Assembly: GCA_000995415.1 (NCBI GenBank)
Contig: LCEX01000012.1
Span: 1-58,291 of the forward strand
Direction of reading: 5' to 3'
Length of the DNA: 58,291 nucleotides
DNA from: Candidatus Gottesmanbacteria bacterium GW2011_GWC1_43_10
GTDB taxonomy: Bacteria > Patescibacteriota > Microgenomatia > UBA10105
Part shown: one piece after another, positions 1 through 9,049 of the stretch
Position numbering within the stretch: the first letter of the stretch is position 1
How the letters are laid out: every line of letters begins with the position of its first letter
Position numbers and translations under genes: made by a program
Notes under the pieces: model-generated
Seen by the model: only the letters and a program-made list of their open reading frames with translations
Told to the model about the DNA's origin: nothing
Databases searched by the model: none

Positions 1-1
1 A

Positions 2-349
2 TTTCAACCTATTCAGAAACGAGTTTTTCAATTTAGCTTGCGAATCATCAAAATGATAGTCTTCTTACCGAAAAATTCTGCCGGATTTGCTATTAGCCAG
101 CAGATCATGCGGAGTGGTACTTCAATTGGGGCAAATATTGCCGAAGCTCAAGACGCAGCTTCTAAAGCTGATTTTACTCACTGTATGAATATTGCTCTAA
201 AAGAGGCTCGGGAAACTGACTATTGGTTAAGGCTAATCACCGCAGCCAAGTTGATTCCAGAGGCTAAAATGGCTTCACTGCTTGCAGAAATAGAGGAACT
301 TGTTAAAATACTAAGATCGAGCGTTAAAAAGCTCCGAAATAAAAATTGA
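2..349 (+). CDS. four-helix-bundle protein (23S rRNA intervening-sequence protein family); 5' end runs off the window
   Basis: The frame is open from base 2 to TGA 347-349. The core GTSIGANIAEAQDAASKADFTHCMNIALKEARETDYWLRLI fits the TIGR02436-type family. The track ORF 38..349 begins at an internal TTG. Confidence 0.7.
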   Translation, partial: FQPIQKRVFQFSLRIIKMIVFLPKNSAGFAISQQIMRSGTSIGANIAEAQDAASKADFTHCMNIALKEARETDYWLRLITAAKLIPEAKMASLLAEIEELVKILRSSVKKLRNKN

Positions 350-401
350 GATCAACTTTTTAATTATCAATTCGAAATTATCAATTAACAATTAAATACT
401 T

Positions 402-476
402 TCCCCTGTAGCTCAACGGCAGAGCGGCTTCCTGTTAAGAAGAAGGTTGGAGGTTCGAATCCTCCCGGGGGAGCCA
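402..476 (+). tRNA. tRNA-Asn (anticodon GTT), CCA encoded
   Basis: Cloverleaf read by eye. Acceptor TCCCCTG/CGGGGGA has one G-U pair. D stem is GCTC/GAGC. Anticodon stem is CTTC/GAAG with loop CTGTTAA. T arm is GGAGG-TTCGAAT-CCTCC. Discriminator G is followed by CCA. Confidence 0.9.
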
Positions 477-538
477 AGTGGTACTTAATATACCAAAAAA
501 TATATTAATGCAAAGTCGACCTTTTTAGCGATGTAGAT

Positions 539-1417
539 ATGAAAAAACAAGAGGTAATAGATAATCTTAAAAAACTTGCTTCTCAATTGGGATCTAAGAA
601 ATACATCACTTTGAAAGATCTTCGTTCGGTTCCCAAATTGAGTCACTATATGTATTTTCATTTTAAAACGATTAAAAAGGCTTTGCACGAAGCAGGTTTG
701 CCTTCTTCTTACTTAGCATCGAGTATGGGTATTAGCGATGAAAAGCTTTTAGATTATTTAAAGGATTTACAAGCTAAATTGGGTTATCCTCCTACTGTCT
801 GGGAAATTCAACATGACAACCAACTCTATAAAAAGTATTCAGAGAGAAAAATTATCTGGTCAATTTATAAATCAAGATTCGGCGGATTGATAAAAGCTAA
901 AGAATTTGCAGGTATGAAGGATAGTAAAGCGAGAATATATAAATCACGTACGTCTGGAGGGGATTTTGAAGAAGGCGAAGAAGTACTACCAAAAAATAGA
1001 TATTGGGGAGAAGCGGCAGAACTCCATGTGCTAGCAGAATTACTGTATCATGAATTTCAAGCAGCAAATATACCAGTTGATGTAGGATTAGATATTCTTG
1101 CGGTAAAGAACAATAAGACCTTTTACTTCCAAGTAAAACATAAGGATTTAAGTGACAGCAGAGCAATAAAACTCACAAAAAGTTCATTTGAAAAAACTGG
1201 TTCAGGGAATGTTTATTATATATTTGTTTTACTATCTGATAATAAAAGAGACTTCTTAATTATCCCTTATCACATCGTAAATCAATGGATAAAACAAGGT
1301 TTTGCAAAGGAAGAAGAGAGTAATTATTTAATTTATATCGACAAAAAGGATGGTAAATATAAATTAAAAGAAGTAGAACTGGATAATTACCTTGATAACT
1401 GGAAAGATATTAGATAA
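539..1417 (+). CDS. hypothetical protein: two homing-endonuclease-associated-type repeats plus a C-terminal PD-(D/E)xK-like nuclease fold
   Basis: Two ~55-aa repeats end in ..KKALHEAGL and ..KAKEFAGM. The C-terminal GEAAELHVLAELL..VDVGLDILAV..FYFQVKH gives an E..D..QxK pattern like Hjc/restriction-endonuclease folds. Confidence 0.45.
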   Translation: MKKQEVIDNLKKLASQLGSKKYITLKDLRSVPKLSHYMYFHFKTIKKALHEAGLPSSYLASSMGISDEKLLDYLKDLQAKLGYPPTVWEIQHDNQLYKKYSERKIIWSIYKSRFGGLIKAKEFAGMKDSKARIYKSRTSGGDFEEGEEVLPKNRYWGEAAELHVLAELLYHEFQAANIPVDVGLDILAVKNNKTFYFQVKHKDLSDSRAIKLTKSSFEKTGSGNVYYIFVLLSDNKRDFLIIPYHIVNQWIKQGFAKEEESNYLIYIDKKDGKYKLKEVELDNYLDNWKDIR

Positions 1418-1621
1418 ATACAAAAAAATTCAAACAAAAGAAGGTTTAACTTTTTCTATCTCCTCTCTGAATTGAGCTAGAATTATACAATAGTTTTCAC
1501 TGTGGGAAGCCAGATGGGACTTAGTTACCAAGTTCAGCTTAAAACATAGCCTTAATTGCTTAATTTCCGCTAGTATACTGTCTGAATTAGCTCTATTACA
1601 GTTGACAATTTGAACAATCTT

Positions 1622-1630
1622 TGATAATAT
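1622..1630 (+). promoter_or_regulatory. extended -10 (TGaTAATAT) 6 nt upstream of ATG 1637; TTGACA at 1602-1607 gives a 17-nt spacer
   Basis: TTGACA-N17-TAATAT is read directly. The ATG lies 7 nt after the -10 hexamer, so the transcript would be leaderless. Confidence 0.5.
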
Positions 1631-1636
1631 ATGGTT

Positions 1637-2773
1637 ATGAAAATAAAACGGAGCCTGCTTTCTATTCTTAGAAACGAGTTGATGGAAGCAAATAAAGGAT
1701 TAGTGATTTATGGCCCCAGACAGGTTGGAAAGACTACGCTTGTTAATGATTTACTTAGTGAATTCCAATTAAAAACTTTGATTTTAAATGGAGACCAAAG
1801 AGGAGCATGGTGGGAACTACTGACCAGTAGGGAATTATCGAAACTTTCTCTGCTGGTTTCCGGTTATGAGGCTATCTTTATAGATGAGGCGCAACGTATA
1901 CCGGAAATCGGATTAAATTTAAAAATTATTTTGGATAATTTTCCGAAATTAAAAGTGATTGTTACAGGATCATCTTCTCTTGACTTAGCAAGCAAAATCA
2001 GTGAACCACTTACGGGAAGAATCTACAGCTACAGATTATTTCCTATTTCTCAAGGAGAACTGCGAGTGACGCGCACTCCTTATGAAATGGAAACGCAAGT
2101 AGAAGAGAGGTTGATTTACGGGTCATATCCGGAAATTTTTTCTTTAGACGGCGCTCTGGCTAAACATAAATATTTACAAAATTTAGTTGACACCTATCTT
2201 TACAAAGATTTGCTCGAATTCGGCGACATAAGAAACTCTTCAAAAATTCGCGACCTATTAAAATTGTTGGCTTTTCAAATTGGAAATCAAGTCTCTATAA
2301 GCGAATTGGGTAATTCTTTAGAGCTAAATAAAGCAACAGTGGATAGATACATCGATTTGTTGGAAAAATCTTTTATTATTTTCAGATTGTCAGGATTCAG
2401 CAGAAATTTACGCAAAGAAGTAACCAAAATGGACAAAATCTACTTTCATGACACCGGAGTGAGAAACGCCATTATTGGAAATTTGAATTCACTTAACAGC
2501 CGTGATGATGCGGGAAAATTGTGGGAGAATTTTTTGATTGTTGAGCGGATGAAAAAATTGCAGTATGAACAAAAAATCTTTTCTGTTTATTTTTGGCGCT
2601 TATCAAGCGGAGCGGAGATGGATTTAATAGAAGAAACAGCAGGTAAACTGCATGGTTTTGAATTCAAATATGGTAAAAAAATCGTTAAACTTCCAAACTC
2701 TTGGGCGATCGGTTATCCAGCCGCCACTGCAACATTAATCAATCAAACTAATTGGCAGGAGTTCGTGGTTTAA
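1637..2773 (+). CDS. AAA+ ATPase with DUF4143-type C-terminal domain
   Basis: Walker A is GPRQVGKTTL and Walker B is IFIDEAQ. The length and C-terminal region are typical of COG1373/DUF4143 ATPases. The start is moved to ATG 1637 because of promoter geometry. Confidence 0.85.
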   Translation: MKIKRSLLSILRNELMEANKGLVIYGPRQVGKTTLVNDLLSEFQLKTLILNGDQRGAWWELLTSRELSKLSLLVSGYEAIFIDEAQRIPEIGLNLKIILDNFPKLKVIVTGSSSLDLASKISEPLTGRIYSYRLFPISQGELRVTRTPYEMETQVEERLIYGSYPEIFSLDGALAKHKYLQNLVDTYLYKDLLEFGDIRNSSKIRDLLKLLAFQIGNQVSISELGNSLELNKATVDRYIDLLEKSFIIFRLSGFSRNLRKEVTKMDKIYFHDTGVRNAIIGNLNSLNSRDDAGKLWENFLIVERMKKLQYEQKIFSVYFWRLSSGAEMDLIEETAGKLHGFEFKYGKKIVKLPNSWAIGYPAATATLINQTNWQEFVV

Positions 2774-2826
2774 AATTAATTATTTCTTTTTGATATTTAT
2801 TGCGTTTACAATACGGAATAAAGAAC

Positions 2827-3144
2827 ATGAAAATAAAACTTGGGTTGCTTTTTGGTCTTGTCTTTGGTTTGCTGGATGTACTTTTGATGATCCCACTTAA
2901 TATGCCGGATAAAGCCGTAGCCATGACTGGAGCCTTCTTTGGCCGTTTTGCTATTGGTTTTTTGATTCCAAATACCAGTCTTCCGACTCCTTCTTGGTTT
3001 AGGGGATTGGTGGTAGGGTTACTTATCAGTTTGCCAGATGCCATCATTACTAAAGCCTACGCACCTATTTTAGGTATTGGCATGGTTGGCGGGATTTTAA
3101 TAGGTATTATTTCGAACAAATTGGAAAGGAGGTGGCGAGTATGA
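2827..3144 (+). CDS. small integral membrane protein
   Basis: The ORF has 3-4 hydrophobic helices (LGLLFGLVFGLLDVLLMI, GLVVGLLISL, GIGMVGGILIGII). Its stop overlaps the next start in ATGA. Confidence 0.55.
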   Translation: MKIKLGLLFGLVFGLLDVLLMIPLNMPDKAVAMTGAFFGRFAIGFLIPNTSLPTPSWFRGLVVGLLISLPDAIITKAYAPILGIGMVGGILIGIISNKLERRWRV

Positions 3145-3374
3145 AAAAATGTGACAGTTGTGGTATGCCGCTGGATGCAAATTCCACTTCGAAATTTGCT
3201 GATCATTACTGTATTTACTGTCAGAATCAAGAAACAGGGGATTTATCCAAATATGAACAGGTCAAAGAAGGTAGTATCGGCGCTGCTATGAAATTTATGG
3301 GTAAGACAAAACCGGAGGCGGAACAAATGGTTAACGATATGTTACCAACTCTTCCGAGGTGGAAGAAATCCTAG
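3141..3374 (+). CDS. zinc-ribbon domain protein
   Basis: AGGAGGTG lies 6 nt upstream of ATG 3141. The protein has CDSCG...CIYC cysteine pairs. Confidence 0.6.
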   Translation: MKKCDSCGMPLDANSTSKFADHYCIYCQNQETGDLSKYEQVKEGSIGAAMKFMGKTKPEAEQMVNDMLPTLPRWKKS

Positions 3375-3447
3375 AGGTAGTACTGACATAAGCCTGGGGT
3401 AGCTTAATAAAGAGAGGGATCTAACATAACTTGAATTAAGGTGCATT

Positions 3448-3807
3448 TTATTTAGAAAGAAAGAAATAGGATAGAATAAGTGAAGTAAAGATAACAATTA
3501 AAGCTAAACCACAAATAATCATAACCCGTTTCGCAGAGTCTTCACGTCTTTTGTTAAAACCCTCAAACATTAGTGCATCAAAATAGTAAAGTCTTTCTTG
3601 TGTCGATTTTATGAATGAAAGCCTTTTCCATGTAGAAAAAATACGCATATATCCTAATTTTTCTGAATTTATATAATCAACAATGTTTTTCTCGGATACT
3701 GTTTTGTCTGGTTCTGTTTTACCTAAGGAGATAAAATGAGAACCAAGCTTTAAGGCTTGTCTATGGGAATGGCGTGCAAATATTGCTACGATCACTGTTG
3801 AGCTCAT
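3448..3807 (-). CDS. hypothetical protein with C-terminal transmembrane anchor
   Basis: A 119-aa ORF with a C-terminal hydrophobic helix (MIICGLALIVIFTSLILSYFFL). No family was recognised. Confidence 0.45.
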   Translation of the reverse strand: MSSTVIVAIFARHSHRQALKLGSHFISLGKTEPDKTVSEKNIVDYINSEKLGYMRIFSTWKRLSFIKSTQERLYYFDALMFEGFNKRREDSAKRVMIICGLALIVIFTSLILSYFFLSK

Positions 3808-3935
3808 AAAAAAATTATAACATGTTCTAAAGATATCAGATTTACCTCACTGTCTATTACAATCGAAGTCTTAATATTCTATTAGCCAGCCTTGCAGTTT
3901 ATTTTCAATCTAACCAGTAGATATAATCTAAACAC

Positions 3936-4145
3936 ATGATACTTTCAATTGGAACATTATTAAGCGGGTTATTCATAAGCCTTCCTGGTTATAGGGCCAT
4001 GAAGGAAAAGAGGATGAAATTAATGCCGATAAACAGAAAAGAAGTTTTAACAGGTGAGGCGGCAGAAAGAGCAGGAAAGCAATTACTAATCGTAGGATTA
4101 ATTGTTTCTATTGTTGGATTAATATTCATATTTTCTTCTATTTAA
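3936..4145 (+). CDS. small two-helix membrane protein
   Basis: A 69-aa ORF with hydrophobic helices at both ends. Confidence 0.4.
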   Translation: MILSIGTLLSGLFISLPGYRAMKEKRMKLMPINRKEVLTGEAAERAGKQLLIVGLIVSIVGLIFIFSSI

Positions 4146-4211
4146 TTAACTTGGTAAGTCATAAAAGCATTATACTACTGCCGTAAAAGTCTGTGTGACT
4201 GGCGTAAAATC

Positions 4212-4260
4212 TAGCTGAATATCAAGCTTAGGCTTGGGGAGCCCAGATTGTCTTATTATA
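4212..4260 (+). repeat. tRNA-Asn-derived repeat copy R1
   Basis: TAGCTGAATATCAAGCTTAGGCTT aligns to the tRNA D arm and anticodon-stem start. GGGGAGCCCAGATTGTCTTATTATA aligns to the tRNA 3' end plus flank (GGGGGAGCCAAGTGGTACTTAATATA). Confidence 0.65.
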
Positions 4261-4463
4261 ATTTCGTGCCTATTTTTGAGTATTTTTAATATGGGAGTCG
4301 GTACGACCTTATGGATTTTTCGGTTCTTTACGACTATTCTTCTTCGAAGAAAAACCTCAGGTAATGTCGCTTCATAAAGGGCGGTGCCCTTTGTTCTTGA
4401 CAACCCCACTGGAATTGTTTAATCTATAGGTAGATAGTCATTATAAACGGTTACTTACGCTAT

Positions 4464-5246
4464 ATGAAACAAACAATCCTGTCTACCCAACAAAGTGCTC
4501 TCCTTGAGGATTTGATCGTCAAGTATGGTCAAATAGTTACTTCTGAGCAGATCTATGCCCAGGGAAAGGATGTATGGGATCAACAAGTGGCTAAAAACGT
4601 TGTAACTAGGCTCACCCGCAATGGGTGGCTAATTCGGGTAAAGCGCGGCTTATATGCCATCTCCGACTTGAGTAATCGTGGGTTTTTGTCTCTCTCGCCC
4701 TCTGTAGTAGCCAATCTTCTGGTTAAGGATTCTTATGTCTCTTTTGAGTCGGCTCTGGCCTACCACGGTATGTTTGACCAGCTTACCAACAAGACCATTT
4801 CTATTTCTCGAGTTCAATATAAGACGGTTCAACTGCAATCAGTCGAGTACAGCTTTGTAAAAGTTCTGGAGAAGTGGTTTTTTGGTTGGGAAAAGGTAAT
4901 TATTGATAATAAGACCGTTCGTGTAGCCACTGCCGAAAAGGCCTTAATTGACATGATTCAGTTCCATAAAAGTAAATATACCGTTGATTTAGTGGTGGAA
5001 AAGCTTTCTTTGTATAAAGACTCACTTGACCTACAAAAAATGACAGAGTACCTGGGCAAGATGTCTTTGACTACCATTAAGACATTTGGTTTTCTGTTTG
5101 ACCTCTTAGGGATTGATTCTGGTGATCTTTATAATCAAGTTAAATTAAAGGGTACTCACTTGATGTTGTCTCACGATGCTAAGTTTAACGCCAAATGGCG
5201 ACTCTATTACGATGCCTATTTTGATAAATATCAGTCAGTTAAATAA
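4464..5246 (+). CDS. abiEi: type IV toxin-antitoxin system AbiEi-family antitoxin / transcriptional regulator
   Basis: An N-terminal wHTH contains ..LTRNGWLIRVKRGLYAI. The ~260-aa size fits. It sits 5 nt upstream of an AbiEii gene. Confidence 0.8.
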   Translation: MKQTILSTQQSALLEDLIVKYGQIVTSEQIYAQGKDVWDQQVAKNVVTRLTRNGWLIRVKRGLYAISDLSNRGFLSLSPSVVANLLVKDSYVSFESALAYHGMFDQLTNKTISISRVQYKTVQLQSVEYSFVKVLEKWFFGWEKVIIDNKTVRVATAEKALIDMIQFHKSKYTVDLVVEKLSLYKDSLDLQKMTEYLGKMSLTTIKTFGFLFDLLGIDSGDLYNQVKLKGTHLMLSHDAKFNAKWRLYYDAYFDKYQSVK

Positions 5247-5251
5247 TCCCT

Positions 5252-6010
5252 ATGCTTACCCGACAACAACTCGAAATCATTAATCGCAAAAGTTTGCGCT
5301 ATCCCTTGCATATTGCCGAAAAGGATTATTTCCTAGCTCTGGTAATGCAGATTATTGCGGCTTCTTTGACTGGTAAAGCCCTTATTTTCAAGGGCGGCAC
5401 CGCTTTGCATCACTGTTATCTGGACCAGTGCCGTTTTTCTGAAGACTTGGATTTTTCCTCAAACAGGACACCGTTGCCCCTTGAAGAAGTGCGGAAAATC
5501 TTTGACGGCATCGATTATTTGAGCATTAAAAAAGACTATCTTTCGCAGGCCACCATTAAAATCGAGAAACTCCAATATACTGGGCCACTGTTTCAGCCAA
5601 ACTCACTCAAAGTAGAAATTGACTTCTTGCAAAGTGTCCTGCTACCCCCTCAAATCATGGTCTACCATAACGTTTGGGGCGTAGATATAACGGTTGCCGT
5701 CATGGATATTAAGGAAATATGCGCGGAGAAAATCCGAGCTATGAGTGATCGGGCTCGTTACCGCGATTTCTATGATATCTACTTACTTTTGGAAAAGTAC
5801 AAGTTGGATCTGGATGAGATCGTCTCGTACGTCAGGCAGAAGGAGATTCGCCGACCCATCACTAAAGCCAGCATTCAAACCAACTGGAAGGTAATTGCGA
5901 CCGAAAAAGAGCAGGAAATGGGCCAGATTTATTACTCCAAGCAGATAGAGGATAGCCAGATTGAGACACTAATCCAAAGTCTGCCTTTTGACAGCATTAC
6001 AGCTGCGTAA
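5252..6010 (+). CDS. abiEii: nucleotidyltransferase AbiEii/AbiGii-family toxin (DUF1814)
   Basis: The signature FKGGTALHHCYLDQCRFSEDLDF is present. Confidence 0.9.
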   Translation: MLTRQQLEIINRKSLRYPLHIAEKDYFLALVMQIIAASLTGKALIFKGGTALHHCYLDQCRFSEDLDFSSNRTPLPLEEVRKIFDGIDYLSIKKDYLSQATIKIEKLQYTGPLFQPNSLKVEIDFLQSVLLPPQIMVYHNVWGVDITVAVMDIKEICAEKIRAMSDRARYRDFYDIYLLLEKYKLDLDEIVSYVRQKEIRRPITKASIQTNWKVIATEKEQEMGQIYYSKQIEDSQIETLIQSLPFDSITAA

Positions 6011-6016
6011 ATACTT

Positions 6017-6223
6017 ATGACAGTGATAACTGATAAACAACTGGTTAAATTCAAGGTGCTTTATAAGGCGCACTTTGGTGAAGAGTTAAGCCAGCAAACA
6101 TTGAGGCGATGGGACCGGGAAGGACATTTAAAGGCAATAAGGATTGGTACAAGACGAGACATTGGGGATAGGCGGTATCGCAAAGAAGATATTGAAAATT
6201 ATTTAAAGAAAATAGATTTATGA
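6017..6223 (+). CDS. small MerR/excisionase-type helix-turn-helix protein
   Basis: ..SQQTLRRWDREGHLKAIRIG..RRYRKEDIENYL resembles a MerR-superfamily HTH. The start is 6 nt after the abiEii stop. Confidence 0.6.
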   Translation: MTVITDKQLVKFKVLYKAHFGEELSQQTLRRWDREGHLKAIRIGTRRDIGDRRYRKEDIENYLKKIDL

Positions 6224-6295
6224 ATAATATTCAGTCCGACATTAAAAACACAATTCTGAGAAAGAAAGAAACGAAAATAAAACATTCGAATAATT

Positions 6296-7546
6296 ATGAA
6301 AAAAATTAAAGTAACAATCCAGGACGAAAACACACTAGAACTATTAGAAGATGCCCAAAAAGGTGACATAATCGATCTAAAATCGATACACGAGACAGAT
6401 ATAGATAAAACTACAATTGATATCCTAGTCAAATCAATTAAAACTGATGAGTTTATTGCACAGATAGAGGCAGCAAAGCGCAATATCGAAAAAGAGAAGA
6501 GTCTTGAGGCTCAACTCAAAGAAAAAGACATTATTAATAGAGCGAAAGAAGCGCTTGCAAAGAAAGATCAGGAGATTACCAATCTAAACACTAAAGTCGA
6601 AAACATTGCTAAACAAGTTGAATCGGATGCAAAAATTAAGGCCTTAGAAGAGAAAAAGTCTCTGGAAGATGGTTATCAGCAAAAATTAACTGAAAAAGAA
6701 GCTGAAATTCAAGAGATTAAACATCAAAAGGAACTAAGTGAGCAAAAATACCAGGATCAACTTAAAGCGAGCGAAACTGCTTTAGTCTCGCTAAAAGAAA
6801 TGCGATCTAGAATGAGTACTAAGATGATTGGTGAATCATTAGAGGTTCACTGCAAAAACGAGTTTAATAGGCTTCGCCCGTTTGCCTTTCCCAAGGCTCA
6901 ATTCGGTAAAGATAATCAACTTTCAACTTCGGGGTCCAAAGGAGACTATATCTATCGAGAACATGACGATGACGGTAATGAAATTTTAATCATTATGTTC
7001 GAGATGAAAAATGAGGATGATGAAACATCTACTAAACATAAAAATAAAGACTTTTTCAAGGAATTAGATAAAGATCGACGAGAAAAAGATTGCGAATATG
7101 CAGTACTTGTCAGCTTATTGGAAAAAGAGAACGAATATTATGACGATATTGTTACAGTGCCTGATTATCCATGCATGTTTGCCATAAGACCTCAACATTT
7201 TATTACTATAATTGCGTTTTTACGTCAGGGTAATTTGAAATCTCAAGAATTGCGACTAACTATTCAAAATCTTAAAAATCAAAATATCGATGTAACCAAT
7301 TTTGAAGCCAATATGAATGAATTTAAGGATGCTTTTGCTAGAAATTATAACTTGGCTGCTGATCAATTTACTAAAGCAATTGAAGAAATCGATAAGACTA
7401 TTGATCATCTCAACAAGGTTAAAGAAAATTTGCTCAAATCAGATAACAACTTGAGACTAGCTAACAACAAAGCATCAGAACTTACAGTAAAAAGGTTGAC
7501 AGCTAACAGCCCAAGTGTTGCAAGGGCTTTTGAGGAAAAAGTCTAA
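6296..7546 (+). CDS. DUF2130-family protein (coiled coil plus putative PD-(D/E)xK nuclease-like C-half)
   Basis: The N-half is a K/E-rich coiled coil. The C-half GDYIYRE..ILIIMFEMKNE gives a D...ExK pattern. Size and layout fit DUF2130/COG4487. Confidence 0.65.
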   Translation: MKKIKVTIQDENTLELLEDAQKGDIIDLKSIHETDIDKTTIDILVKSIKTDEFIAQIEAAKRNIEKEKSLEAQLKEKDIINRAKEALAKKDQEITNLNTKVENIAKQVESDAKIKALEEKKSLEDGYQQKLTEKEAEIQEIKHQKELSEQKYQDQLKASETALVSLKEMRSRMSTKMIGESLEVHCKNEFNRLRPFAFPKAQFGKDNQLSTSGSKGDYIYREHDDDGNEILIIMFEMKNEDDETSTKHKNKDFFKELDKDRREKDCEYAVLVSLLEKENEYYDDIVTVPDYPCMFAIRPQHFITIIAFLRQGNLKSQELRLTIQNLKNQNIDVTNFEANMNEFKDAFARNYNLAADQFTKAIEEIDKTIDHLNKVKENLLKSDNNLRLANNKASELTVKRLTANSPSVARAFEEKV

Positions 7547-7548
7547 AT

Positions 7549-8817
7549 ATGGATTACTTTAATGTTTTAGCAACAAAGATTAAGTCAAATTGGACACTTG
7601 CAACAACTCGTTTAAAAACATATTTTAAAAAACTTCTCTTTCCCATATATCTGTTTCCAATCAAATTCCTAACATACACGCTGTATTACTTAGTTATTTT
7701 CGTATTCAAGCTAATACTTGCCTTCTTTGGTTTAATAATTGACTGCGTTGTTTTTCCGTTCAAAAGTTTAAAAAACCTTCTCAAATCAATTTTTATAATT
7801 GGAGTATCTTTGTATCTTGTCGCTTCTCTTTTTGTGATTGTTGATTATTTAACCAAACAATACGGGTACATCGGTAAGTTTTTCTGTGCCTTTGGGGCCA
7901 AACAACGGGTTGAACAAGCGGTCGTGCGTGTTGTCGGTGGTCAATCAGAGGGAACCGGTTTTTATATCACTCCAAACCGGATTATCACCAGCTTTCATGT
8001 CATTGACGGCGAACCGAGCCCCAAAATCATCTTGCCGGACGGCAAGTTTATTTCTGCTGAAAAAATTGTCGGGGACAAGACGATGGATTTGGCGGTTATC
8101 AGCGTCGGGGCCACAATGACCGCTCCTTTATACCTTCCCGACGAGTTTATCGCGTATAACGATGAACCGATGCTGGCCGTGGGATATGCGCTTGGAACTG
8201 AATTAAAAGGAGATCCTACGATCGTACGGGGGGATTTTGTTGCGCTTCGGCAGTCAAAGAAGCAACAATCAGCTTTTGTGCAGACAACCATAAATCTTGT
8301 TGAGGGCATGAGCGGCGGCCCATTAACGGATCAATGCGGCGAAGTTGTCGGTATCAATACCATGGGGCTTGCGGGACTTTCGCTATTTGTACCTGCTGCA
8401 CAAGCGAAAACGTTGATTCCCAAGTTTACCGATGAGAACGTCGCGAAAATCAACGTCGATCCATCCGTTTCTCCGGAAGAGGCAGTGCGGGCATTTTATA
8501 CATACTTAAAAGCCCGAAGAATGGAGGACGGGTTTGCTCTCCTTAGCCACGAATACCTCCAAAAGACCAATTTTGAGGAGTGGACAAACAGATTTACCGA
8601 TATTCTGGATGTGAACGTTTTTGTCGTTCGACCGCAGGAACATACCGCAGATACTGCATTTGTAAAATTTGGAACGAAAAACTGGGTGGACAATGAGGTG
8701 GATTATCATTACTACGAAGGCACTTGGCAAACCGTTCAAGAAGACGGAGTTTATAAAATGCTCAAGAGTAACATAAAAGAGGTGTTTGAGCCCGGATGGG
8801 AGTGGTTTTATGAGTAG
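7549..8817 (+). CDS. membrane-anchored trypsin-like (S1C-type) serine protease with extra C-terminal domain
   Basis: N-terminal TM helices are present. The catalytic contexts are TSFHVI (His), MDLAVISV (Asp) and EGMSGGPL (Ser). The start is 2 nt after the DUF2130 stop. Confidence 0.85.
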   Translation: MDYFNVLATKIKSNWTLATTRLKTYFKKLLFPIYLFPIKFLTYTLYYLVIFVFKLILAFFGLIIDCVVFPFKSLKNLLKSIFIIGVSLYLVASLFVIVDYLTKQYGYIGKFFCAFGAKQRVEQAVVRVVGGQSEGTGFYITPNRIITSFHVIDGEPSPKIILPDGKFISAEKIVGDKTMDLAVISVGATMTAPLYLPDEFIAYNDEPMLAVGYALGTELKGDPTIVRGDFVALRQSKKQQSAFVQTTINLVEGMSGGPLTDQCGEVVGINTMGLAGLSLFVPAAQAKTLIPKFTDENVAKINVDPSVSPEEAVRAFYTYLKARRMEDGFALLSHEYLQKTNFEEWTNRFTDILDVNVFVVRPQEHTADTAFVKFGTKNWVDNEVDYHYYEGTWQTVQEDGVYKMLKSNIKEVFEPGWEWFYE

Positions 8818-8969
8818 ATTACATCGCGCGCATTGTCGCCGGAACATCATCCCGTAGTCCTTCTTTCAAAAGCTTTTTTATTTCCAACCACCTCTGCCGC
8901 AGTTCCCCGATATAACCTACATTCTCAAAAGTCTTTAGAATCGCATCAAAACTTTGGTGCATACTGAGT

Positions 8970-8989
8970 CTAGGCTCGGTGAGCCAAGT
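8970..8989 (+). repeat. tRNA-Asn-derived repeat copy R6 (short, diverged)
   Basis: CTAGGCTCGGTGAGCCAAGT: GAGCCAAGT is identical to tRNA positions 471-479. CTAGGCTCGGTGAGCC parallels copy R1 (CTTAGGCTTGGGGAGCC). Confidence 0.5.
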
Positions 8990-9034
8990 TTTTTTTAGAG
9001 CTTCACAACTGTCTAAATAGTTAACTCCTCCATC

Positions 9035-9043
9035 TGTTATAAT
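9035..9043 (+). promoter_or_regulatory. extended -10 TGtTATAAT, 6 nt upstream of ATG 9050
   Basis: The TGnTATAAT consensus is read directly. The ATG begins 7 nt after the hexamer. Confidence 0.55.
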
Positions 9044-9049
9044 AATTTC

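Noticed and set aside
4170-4409. A 79-aa minus-strand track ORF.
   Set aside because: It spans the tRNA-derived repeat copy R1 and AT-rich spacer. The translation has no family resemblance. The region is better explained as a non-coding junction.
8506-8850. A 114-aa minus-strand ORF, with other short ORFs, antisense to the protease gene.
   Set aside because: It lies entirely inside the well-supported serine protease CDS and is a shadow frame.
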